Part shown: positions 42,376 through 53,758 of the stretch, one piece after another
Layout of the letters: the number at the start of each line of letters is the position of its first letter
How positions within the stretch are numbered: the first letter of the stretch is position 1
DNA from: the human T2T-CHM13v2.0 reference genome, Homo sapiens
Assembly (NCBI RefSeq): GCF_009914755.1
Contig: NC_060926.1
Reading direction: 5' to 3' (one strand)
Length of the DNA stretch: 64,000 nt
Program-made: the position numbers and the translations under genes
Notes under the pieces: model-generated
Seen by the model: the letters and a program-made list of their open reading frames with translations, nothing else
Databases searched by the model: none
What the model was told of the DNA's origin: nothing

Positions 42376-42470
42376 AGCTAGAGAATATAAGTACAAAAGA
42401 GAAAAGCTATGAAATGAGTAATAAGCACCTGAACTTTATACCTGAACTCTAATGAAATTCCACAAGTAGG

Positions 42471-42774
<304 letters not shown>

Positions 42775-43579
42775 AATTCCACAAGTAGGGTAGGTACTGG
42801 GCAAAAGGGAATTAAGACTATTTGTCAGACTTAGTACGTGACCTGAGTTAAGACATTGTATATATGCAGGTACATATATAAACCTGTATGTATCTTGGGA
42901 GATCTCCTCTGTTTGTCTTCACTGGACAACAAAATCATAGAGAAAAAATGCTTGTGACACACACAACAACCTCTCCCAGCCTTGCACAAACAGGCACACC
43001 CTAGAGAAACAACATGGTTAGAAAGGCAGCCTTGAGGTCAAGGTGACGAAAGGATAAGTATAAGACCAGAGGTAAGATCACTGCTTGAGAAGTTGTTAAA
43101 ATAATCTGTCAAGAAAGAATCAATACCTGGACTATGATAGTGACAACTCAAGTGGAGAGAAGTCAAGAAAGTTGAGAAACCAAAGTCAGTGGAATAACAG
43201 GACGCAGAAGAAAGAGGGTGGAATTCAAGAGCAGTCAGGGACCAGGTGTTTCATGATGCTACTCAACAAGATAAAAAAGATATAAAAAGGAAAGGGTGAT
43301 GGGGAAGACAATGACTCAGTTTTGCATAAGTTCAATGTAAGATACTTGTGGGACACACTAATAATCACTCTTAGCAATGCTTTTGATAGTTTTAGACATT
43401 CAGATTGTCCAAGGTCACTGAAACAATGGAAGTCAATGAGACAGGCTGGAGGACTAAATAAATTGGATGCAGGATGTGAGACACGGTATGCACAAAAGAG
43501 AACTTATTTGTCATTTTAAGTGGATCCACTGAAGTTCTGATGTTTACGATGATGCTGAAAAATACACAGAGCAATAGAG

Positions 43580-43975
43580 AAGTGTAAGTACCATGGCGTG
43601 TTGGAGCCAATAGATAACTTCTTGGTAATTTTGTAAGCTGGGTGTTAGAAACAACTATTATTCGATATTAAATTGTATAAATTTAGAATACATAAATTTA
43701 TATTAAGCATAAAGATAATACAAACTTACAACTTACCATTTCTTATTTTATTTTAATTTATAATTTACAACTATCTATGTTTGTGAAGCTATTTACATCT
43801 ATTTTGTCTATATTGTGGAAAAACCATAATGGTGTGATGTTGTGTAATTCTTTCCAGCTCTGCTTTCAGTAGCATCACCTTGACAACTTGAAATCACACT
43901 AAAGTAATCAGCAAGCACTACAAATCAGAACTTCCCATCCCAGGGAGCTACCTGTGAATCATCTACCAGCACAAG
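43580..43975. mobile_element. Ancient hAT-type DNA transposon fossil (MER113/Zaphod-like)
   Basis: gtgttggagcc...accagcac termini; cttgaaatc and ctacaaatcag motifs. Confidence 0.5.
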
Positions 43976-44027
43976 ACTAGTTAAGTAGGACCATCCATAT
44001 CCAAGGAAGGAATAGTAGAATACAAAT

Positions 44028-44555
44028 GTGTTCCACTTACTATTGCTGAATTAGAAATTCACTCCATAATTTATTAGTAGCTTAAAATAACAATTATTTC
44101 ATAATTAAAGCTCAGCTTCTGTTTCTGGAAAGATGTGACTGGATAGTCCTGGATTGGGGTGTCATGCAGTTGTAGGGCTAGAGCTGGAGGGTCAGGGCTG
44201 ATCAAGCATCTCTCTCTTCATGTAGCCTTCTCCACACGGTCTCTCTGCATGAACTATTTTGGACTTTTTATAACACAATGGCCTCATGGTAGTTGTCCTT
44301 CTTACATGGTGTCCCAGGGCTCCAAAGGCAAGTGTCTTAAAGAAGAAGGTAAAAGCTACATTACTTTTCATTTCCTTGCCTCAGAAGTCACAGAATCATT
44401 TCCATCACCTCTTATTGGTTAAAGTCACAAGCCTGCCCAGACTCAAAAAGAGGGAAAGGAGACTCCAATTCTCAAAAACGGAGTGGCAAGGTTTAAGAAG
44501 AACATATGGGATTGGAGATATTTTGGGGCCATCTTTCAAAATACAATCTGCTGCA
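44028..44555 (-). mobile_element. Old MLT1-type LTR
   Basis: gcctcagaagtcacag...ttattggttaaagtcacaagcctgcccagactcaa motifs. Confidence 0.55.
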
Positions 44556-45035
44556 GATCCCAAATCACAAAAGAGGGAGACAACTATATGTAGCTACCAG
44601 TAGGAGGGCTACTCTAGAGGATGCTTGAGAATTATTGCTTTCATCAATCTGAGACAAAATTCACACACATGAGCTAGAATATCATTTCCAAATGATAGGT
44701 TGGTAGGATTTGGGGGAATTTTATGGAGTAGAGAAAACCAAACTTAGATGATAATTAACAATAAATATTGTCTGTATCTTTATGGCTTAGGAAAGTTTCA
44801 TGTCTGTAACCAGGAACTCACTACTTTTTATTTTTGTTTTGAACATTTCTTCTCAATTCATTCCTTGCATGAGATTTTGTCCCCATTTTGACCATCATAC
44901 TTGTTTGCATTCTCCTGCTTTTGTCTTTAATGCTTTAATTTGGGGATATATATCCATATGTCTATGGATACATGTATATGGATATGTATGATTTGGGGAT
45001 ATATATCCATATGTATATACATATGTATGTGTATA

Positions 45036-45073
45036 GAGATAGACAGATGATAGATAGATAGATAGATAGATAG
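45036..45073 (+). repeat. (GATA)n microsatellite
   Basis: Seen directly. Confidence 0.9.
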
Positions 45074-45343
45074 TAGATTCTTCTCTACTTGCAATGGGGT
45101 GATGTCCTGATAAACCCACCAAAAGCTGAAAACATTATCAACTGAAAAATTATGGTTATTTAGCCTTGTGCCCATGGGCTAAAGAAAAACTGTGGCTCAT
45201 CCAGAATCATAAGAGCTTATCCTAACCTGGAAAAGATCAAAATTCGAAATTCAAAGTACAGTTTCTACTGAATGTGTATTGCTTGCACCATCGTGAAAAC
45301 AATAAATCATATGGCAAACCCTCATAAGTTGGAGACGTTCTGT
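45074..45343. mobile_element. Tigger4/MER46-like DNA transposon fossil
   Basis: gataaaccca...ggaaaagatcaaaattcgaaattcaaagtacagtttctactgaatg. Confidence 0.7.
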
Positions 45344-45810
45344 GTGTACACGTGCGTGTGTGTAGTTTGTTCGTTTGCTTTTTTTTTTTTTTCTGTTTTC
45401 CTGATAACTTTAGTTTCTATGGACAGCATATTTAGTTCTCACCTGCTCATGCTGCCTCAGGTTTTCTGATGATAGGGTGAAGAAGAAAATGCCTCTGTGG
45501 CCTAAGTTCTGACCCCTCTATTAAGTCCAAAAGTCCAAAACTGTATTTCTGGACTTCCAAAAGTCCAGAAATAAAGATACAAAGAAGAAATTCTGAGCGG
45601 GCAAAATGGGTACTGCATTGTTGAATAAATAAAGGGAAAGTTCTAAGCAGAGTTTAAATTAACTAACAATTTTTTTGAGACAAGACCACATTTTGGAAAT
45701 TTTAGAAAATTGTTTTAAGAAAGAACATGTTATGGTATTTATTTTGTATTGAAAATAGAATAACAGAAAAGCTTAGAGGCAGAGGTTAGAATCTATAGAA
45801 AATTCTTTAG

Positions 45811-46092
45811 GGCCGGGCGCGGTGGCTCACGTCTGTAATCCCAGCACTTTGGGAGGCCGAGGCGGGCGGATCACGAGGTCAGGAAATCGAGACCATCCTG
45901 GCTAACACGGTGAAATCCCGTCTCTGCTAAAAATGAAAAAAAATTAGCCAGGCGTGGTGGCGGGCACCTGTAGTCCCAGCTACTCGGGAGGCTGAGGCAG
46001 GAGAATGGCATGAACCCCCGGGGGACGGAGCCTGCAGTAAGCCGAAATCGCGCCACTGCACTCCAGCCTGGGCGACAGCAAGACTCCGTCTC

Positions 46093-46121
<29 letters not shown>
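45811..46121 (+). mobile_element. Young AluYe-like SINE
   Basis: gaacccccgggggacggagcctgcag and ggcgacagcaagact (2-nt deletion); TSD aaaattctttag; long pure A tail. Confidence 0.9.
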
Positions 46122-46123
<2 letters not shown>

Positions 46124-46514
46124 CTTTAGCTGTTCTCTAAATTTGATAAAAATTATTGAGAGTCTGCCAGGTGCCAGGTTCCATGCTAGGTTCTTGAGAC
46201 AGAGCGAGAAGTAAGATAGAAACAAGCATCTGGTAGGCACTTAAAATATATGTTGAAAATTACGTGATGCAGTAGAGCCTGCCAATTAGAGGCTCATCCT
46301 CTAATTTTGGAGATGTGACAGCTTTTTATGGGAATTAAAAGGCCAAAGAAAGCTGAAGGTCAGGTCTAGACACAGTCCAAAGGTGAAATATAATTAAAAA
46401 TGCTCGCTTGTTCAACAATATCCAGGTTGCCTGTTTGCTCATAGTTATTAGATGATTAAGTATCTGTAATTCAGTTAAGCATTCTAAGCTGCAGAAAATG
46501 CTATAAACCAGTGG

Positions 46515-46620
46515 GTTTTTTTTTCATTTTCATTTTCTATTTTTGAAATAGCGTCTTGCTCTGTCACCATGGCTATAGTGCAGTGGCGTCATCACGGCTC
46601 ACTGCAGTCTTGAACTCCTT
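46515..46620 (-). mobile_element. AluJ right-arm fragment
   Basis: tcttgctctgtcacc...gctcactgcagtcttgaactcc. Confidence 0.7.
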
Positions 46621-46882
46621 AAACCAGTGGTGCTTCAAACCTAGCTTTTTCTCAGAAAAACTAGGCAGCTTAAAAGTGATACTGACCAATGGGTACCAAA
46701 CTAAATCACTCAAATCAGAATAGCTATTGGTATGGCCAGAATGGATTTTTGTCAAAGCTTCTTGTTATTTCTAGTGTGCAACCAGCACTGCAAACTCCTG
46801 ACCTAACCAACTTGTGTTTTCTCTTTCCCCTTATGTGCTATCCCATCTGCCACCAGATAGCTCTTGGTAAGATGTTACCTGG

Positions 46883-47236
46883 TGTGTTAGTCCGTTTTCA
46901 TGCTGCTGATAAAGACATACTGGAGACTAGCAAGAAAATGAGGCTTAACTGGACTTACAGTTTCACATGGCTGGGGAGGTCTCAGAATCAGGGCAGGAGG
47001 TGAAATGCACTTCTTATATGGTGGTGGCAAGAGAAAAATGAGGAAGATGCAAGAGCAGAAACCCTTGATAAAACCATCAGATCTTGTGAGACTTATTCAC
47101 TACCATGAGAACAGTATGGGGGAAACTGCCCCCATGATTCAAATTATCTCCCACAGGGTCCCTCCCACAACATGTGGGAATTATGGGAGTACAATTCAAG
47201 GTGAGATTTGGGTGGGGACACAGCCAAACCATATCA
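46883..47236 (-). mobile_element. THE1 (THE1A-like) solo LTR
   Basis: tgtgttagtccgttttc...ccaaaccatatca; perfect 5-bp TSD cctgg. Confidence 0.9.
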
Positions 47237-49231
47237 CCTGGTTATCTGAATTCTGATCAAGGGCACTTCAGGAATTTGGGAAATTTTCAGGTACTGTTGT
47301 TCTCAAACGTAGCTACATATTGAAATAACCTAGAGAATTAAAAAACAGAAACTCACTTATGCCTGAGTGCTATACCCTCCTCTGCTTACAAGTATGTTCA
47401 GTTCATATGGGGTATGGCCTGAGCATAACAATGTCTGAAGCTTCATAAATGACTGGTGTGTGGTCAAGTTGCAGAACCACTGTGCTAGAACATCCTGATG
47501 ATAAAGATCTGACTGTCAGTTCAGATACAATCTAAATATAGAGAAATTCTTAACAGAGGATGCAGAGTAAATGACTTCAGGTGGAAAGCACGTAAAGTAA
47601 ATGTGAGAAGAAGGTCAGGTGGTGAGTGTGGCGAGCTGGGGAAAGCATGCTCCTGGGCTCCCTCCAACAGAAGCCACCTGTAGCCTGGGACCAGTGTGCT
47701 AGAGGAACCTGTTTTCAAAGAAAGCCAGAAGTATGGATGCATTTTTATTTGCAGCCTGATGATTTTTATATTTTGGCAACTAATTCACTTTATTAAAAAA
47801 TACTGAATAAGCTCAAGAAATCTGTGAGCTGGATTCAGCCAAAGCGAATGCCAGTTTATGACTTTCCTCTTGGAAAGAAAAGTCTTTCATGTTGATGTAT
47901 CACATTTTCGCCAGCTTTTCTGGGGTTATGTTCTCAGAAGTTTCGTTTAGTTTGCTCTCATGAACGGTGACGGTAATGTTCCTCAGCTACTTATAAACAT
48001 TTGAAGAAACTTTTCCTCTGTATTCTTAGTTTTATACTCAGTGAAAATATAAGTCAAGTATTCATAGGTATTTCACTGTTAGATCACCATATTGAGGAAT
48101 GAGTGTTAGTTCATTAATGCCGTACACAAACACCCAAACCAAAATGTGCAGTGCTTGTGGAATCACGATGAGATAATTAGCAATTTCTTCACTTCCCACT
48201 GAGCAGGATGATTTGAGGATTAGCTTCTCTCAGTAGATTACACATTAGAGAGAAAAATGTCAAACAGCAAAGTAAAATGGGACTCTACGTCTTCCCACAC
48301 AAGCATCTCCAGTGCACTAATGAGCTAGCTTCCTTGTCACATTCACAACTAGCAGCAGATGACCTAAGAATAAGTCAGAGAAGCTTTCTATTAGAGGAAC
48401 TTTATCTTGCCTCTAAATATATAGTAAAAAAGTGGGTCAATTGGTACTTACAGAAGATATTTTAGTTCAACTGGAGAAACTTAACTATTTTAGAAATAAA
48501 GAACCCCTGGAAAAGTTAGTCTCCCTTATTATGCATGGAAATAAAAGCACTTTCTTAATTTGAAATAAGTGAATTTTTTACTGAAGAAATTCCTCTATGC
48601 TGTCCTCAGTCCACATATTAACCCCATGTATCAAGGCCTCTGATCTGCCATCTCAACCACCTTGTCACTGTCCACTAACCTCTTGCTGCTTCCCTTCTCT
48701 CCTTGTTCCACCTAGGGTTCACAGTCTCTGCTTTGAATCAGACATTCACAGGATCAGACATGTGATTCAGGGACTTAGCAAGAGGGAGTGATCAGTGCAT
48801 TGGCCTCTGTTTTATGACAAACCACCAAAGGACATGTGTCCTCACACAACAGGTACACTTGCTTTGGCATACAGAACCTCCCCAGATGGCTGTGCTGGAG
48901 GTGAGTAGATGGCGTGAAGGAATGCCTCTGCATATATTTGTCATTTCCTGTTTCCCATTGATCAAAATCTCTCCAAAGAGCACACTGTCTCTCCTTCTTT
49001 ATACTTATGGACTATGACACTTGGCCACACTGAGAACTGCAAGGGTAATCAGATCCCATACACTGCAGTATGTATTTTCATTGAAGTGTACAAATGACAG
49101 AGGAGTTAACACTTTTGGACTGCCCCAGTCCTCTGGCAGAAGTACTAATCCCTCTGAGAAATACATTTCTGTTCTTTATCAACTGCCCAGTCTCAAGTAT
49201 TTTGTTACAGAAGTACACAACAGATTAAGAC

Positions 49232-50065
49232 ATATGTCTTCTTTTTAAGAAATGCCTAATCAGGTCCTTTATCCATTTCAGTATTTTATTTTGTTTTGTT
49301 GTGCTACTGAGTTGCATCAGTTTCTTATATATTTTGGGTATTAACCCCTTATCAGATATATGGTTTGCAAATATTTTTGCTCATTATGTAGATTGCTTTA
49401 CAGTCTGTTGATTGTTTCTTTTGCTGTGCAGAATATTTTTAGTTTGATGCAATCTCAGTTTATTTTTCCTTGTGTTGCCTGTGCTTTTGGTGTCATAAAC
49501 AAAATATTTTTTGCCAAGACCAATATCAAGAAGCTTTTTCAGATATATTTTCTTCTAGTAGTTGTACAGTTTCATTGTCTTATATTTGTTTTTAATATGA
49601 TGTGAGAGAAAGGTCAAATTTTATTTTTTTTGCATTGGATTGCCAGTTTTGCCAGCATCATTTATTGAAGAGATTATCTTTTCACTGTTGTGTGTTCTTG
49701 GTATTTTTGTCAAAAATCAGTTGACTATCAGCGTGTGAATATTTCTAAGCTCTCTATTCTGTTCCATTGGTCCATATGACTGGTTCTATGTTAGTACCAT
49801 AGTGTTTTTATTACTATCGCTTTACAATACATTTTGAAAATGTGATGCCTTCAGCTTTATCCTTCTTGCTCAATATTGCTATGGGTATTTGTGGTCTTTT
49901 GTGGTTCCAAATGAATTTTAATTTTTTTTATCTCTGTAATGAATATCACGGAGATTTTGGAAGGAATTGCATTGAATCTGTAGATCACTTTGGGTAGTAT
50001 GGGCATTATAACAACATTAATTCTTTTGATCCATGAGTGGAGAATGTCTTTTTATCTGTGTCTTA
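49232..50065 (-). mobile_element. L1MA-type ORF2-derived fragment, antisense
   Basis: atgtcttctttttaagaaatg...gcattgaatctgtagatcactttgggtagtatgg. Confidence 0.8.
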
Positions 50066-53000
50066 TGCAAAACAATATGGAACTTCTTTAAAAAATTAAA
50101 AATAGAAGTACCATATGACTCAGAAATCCAATTTCTGGGTATATATCTGTATTAGTCCGTTTTCATGCCTCTGATAAAGACATACCTGAGACTGGGAAGA
50201 AAAAGAGGCTTAATTGGACTTAGAGTTCCACATGGCTGGGGAGGCCTCAGAATCATGGCAGGAGGCGAAAAGCACTTCTTACATGGCGGCAGCAAGAGAA
50301 AAATGAAGATGCAAAAGTGGAAACCCCTGATAAAACTATCAGATCTTGTGAGACTTATTACCTACCATGAGAACAGTGTGGGGGAAACTGCCTCCATGAT
50401 TCAATTATCTCCCACTGGGTCCCTCCCACAACATGTGGCGATTATGGGAGTACAATTAAAGATGAGATTTGGGTGGGAACACAGCCAAACCATATTGCTC
50501 TGCCCCTGGCCCCTCCAAATCTCAAGTCTTCACTTTGCAAAACTAATCATGCATTCCCAACAGTTCCCCAAAGTTTTAACTCATTTCAGCATTAACCCAA
50601 AAGTCCACAGTCCAAAGTCTCATCTGAGACAAGGCAAGTCCCTTCTGCCTATGAGCCTGTAAAATAAAAAACAAGCTAGTTACTTCCTAGATACAATGAG
50701 GGTACAGGTATTGGTAAATACAGCCATTCCAAATGGGAGAAACTGGCCAAAACAAAGGGGTTACAGGGCCTACGCAAGTCCAAAATCCATCAGGGCAGTC
50801 AAATTCTAAAGCTCCAAAATGTTCTTCTTTGATTCCCTATCTTACATCCAGGTCAGGCCACTGCAAGAGGTAGGTTCCTATAGTCATATACAGCTGTGCC
50901 CACGTGACCTTGCAGGGGATAACCCCCCTGGCTGCTTTCATAGGCTGGCCTTGAGTTTCTGCGGCTTTTCCAGGTGCACGGTGCAAGCTCTCGGTGGATC
51001 AATCATTCTGGGGTCTGGAAGATGGCGGCCCTCTTCTCACAGCTTCACTAGGCGGTGCCCCAGTAGGGAATCTGTATGGGGGCTCCAACTCCACATTTCC
51101 CTTCTGCACTGCCTTAGCAGAGGTTCTCCATGACAGCCCCACCCCTGTAGCAAACTTTTGCCTGGGCATCCAAGTGGTTCCACACATCTGAAATCTAGGC
51201 AGAGGTTCCCAAATCTCAATTCTTGACTTCTGTGCACCCGTAGGCTGAATACCACATGGAAGGTTTGGGGCTTGGACCCTCTGAAACCATGGAGCGAGCT
51301 GTACCTTGACCCCTTTTGGCAATGGCTGGAGTGGCTGGGACACAGGGCACCAAGTCCCTAGACTGCACATAGCACGGGGACCCTGGGCCCAACCCACAAA
51401 CCATTTTTCCCTCATAGGTTTCTGGGTCTGTGATGAGAGGGGCTGCCAAGAAGATATATGACATGCCCTGGAGACATATTCCCCATTGTCTTGGGGATTA
51501 ACATTTGGCTTCTTGTTACTTATGCAAATGTCTGCAGCCAGCTTGAATTTTTGCTCAAAAAATGAGTTTTTCTTTTCTACTGCATCTTCAGGCTGCACGT
51601 TTTCTGAATTTTTATGCTGTTTCCCTTTTAAAACGGATGTTTTTAACAGCAACCAAGTTACCTTTTGAATGCTTTGCTGCTTAGAAATTTCTTCTGCCAG
51701 GTACCCTAAATCATCTCTCTCCAGTTCAAAGTTGAATCTCTAGGGCAGGGGCAAAATGCCACCAGTCTCTTTGCTAAAACATGACAAGTCACCTTTACTC
51801 CATTTCCCTACAAATTCTTCATCTCCATCTGAGACCACCTCAGCCTGGACCATATTGTCCATTTTGCTATCAGGCTTTTGGTCAAAGCCATTCAACCAAT
51901 CTCTAGGAAGTTCCAAACTTTCCTACATTTTCCTGTCTTCTTCTGGGCCCTCCAAACTGTTGCAACCTCTGCCTGATACTCAATTTCAAAGTCACTCCCA
52001 TATTTTAGGGTATCTTTTCTGCATCACCCCACTCTACTGGTATTTATTTTACAATTTACAACAATCTATGCTCTTGAAGCTATTTACATCTATTTTGTCT
52101 ATATTGTGGAAAAACCATAATGGTGTGATGCTGTGTAATTCTTTCCAAATCTACTTTCAGCGATGTCACCTTCATACTAATGCCCAGGTCTCACTGTATT
52201 AGTTCATTTTCACGCTGCTGATAAAGACATACCAGAGACTGGGAAGAAAAAGTGATTTAATTGTACTTACAGTTCCCCATGCCTGGGGAGGCCTCAGAAT
52301 CATGGTGGAAGGTGAAAGGCACTTCTTATATGGTGGTGGCTAGAGAAAATGAGAAAGATGCAAAAGCAGAAACCCCTGATAAACCCATCAGATCTTGTGA
52401 GACTTATTCACTACCATGAGAATAGTATGGAGGAAACTTATCCCAAGATTCAAATTATCTCCCACCAGATCCCTCCCACAACACGTGGGAATTATGGGAG
52501 TACAATTCAAGATGAGATTTGGGTGGGGTTGCAGAATGAAACCATATCAATATCCAAGAAAATAAAACTTGGATCTTTAAGTAGTATCTGCACTCCTATG
52601 TTCATTGTAGCATACATATATATATACACACACACATATATATAGATATGATGGGATATTTCTCTGCTTTATTTTTAGCCTTAGAAAAAGAAGGAAACTC
52701 TATAATTGGCAACAATATGTACGAACCCGAAGGAACTTATGCTAAGTGGAATATGCCAGACACAGAAAACAAATACTGCATGATTAGATGTGAAACTGAA
52801 ATAGTCAAACTCACAGAAGGACAAAGTGGCAACCTGGTGATTGCCAGGGTCAGAGTGGGGAGGGGAAAATTGGGAGATGTTTGTCAAAGAATACAGTTTT
52901 AGTTATGCAGAATGACATTCCGGTGATCTAATGTAAAGCATGGTGACTACAGTTTACAATAATGTATTATATGCTTGAAATTTACTAAGATGGAAGATTG

Positions 53001-53135
53001 AAGGTGTTCTCACCATTCCAAAAAAAAATGGTAATTATGACTTCACTATATATATATAATATATATATAAACATTACATTGTATACTTTATAAGATTTCT
53101 ATATGTCAATTATCCCTAAATAAAGCTGAAAAAAT
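50066..53135 (+). mobile_element. L1MA8/9-like 3' end, sense, interrupted by THE1 provirus
   Basis: ttctgggtatatatc resumes as caagaa after the provirus; ends tgtcaattatccctaaataaagctgaaaaaa. Confidence 0.75.
50148..52549 (-). mobile_element. Full-length THE1A-like MaLR provirus (LTR 50148-50497, internal, LTR 52195-52549)
   Basis: Two ~350-bp direct LTRs, ~1.7-kb internal region, perfect TSD atatc (50143-50147, 52550-52554); remnant internal ORF 50999-51652. Confidence 0.93.
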
Positions 53136-53374
53136 TTAAAAATAATCCCCCGAAATATATGTAATATGAACAATAAATATAAGCCACACATGTTTTTTAA
53201 AAATTTGTCATGTTTTTACCCTGACAGCAAATCTCCAATTGGATAGCCTCATTTCAAGTGCTCCACAGGCACAACGAACAACCGACTACCATGTGGGCCA
53301 CTGCAGCCCTAGGAAATACGAATGATGGGCTCTGAACCAATCTAAGTGGAATGACTTTAAACAGAAATAATGAC

Positions 53375-53560
53375 TCAAGTTCTCGAACTTAAGTATGCTT
53401 CAGTATCATGTGCAGAGCTTGTTAAAACATAAATCGCTGGACTCCACACCCAGAGACTGATTCAATAGTTCTGAAGTGGGGATCCCAAATTTCCTTTTCT
53501 AATAATTTTCCAGGTGATGCTAATACTGCCCTTCAAGAGCCACGGGTGATGAGGCTTTGG
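53375..53560. mobile_element. MER5A-like fossil
   Basis: ttctcgaactt...gagcttgttaaaaca...ccacacccagagactgattcaatag...ccaggtgatgct. Confidence 0.65.
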
Positions 53561-53722
53561 GAAATCAGCTTTGTAACTTTTAAGTGGAAAAAGGGACATA
53601 TAGTTCCTAAACATGATATAAATCTCTCCTCCATTACAGTAACAATTAGTGCTATAGTAGAAAAGACAGGTGGTCAAATTGTACTTAAGATTACAATTTG
53701 GTCACTAAATGGAATAACACAT

Positions 53723-53758
<36 letters not shown>

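Noticed and set aside
50999-51652. Longest ORF in the window (217 aa)
   Set aside because: Lies wholly inside the THE1 internal region; MaLR ORF remnant
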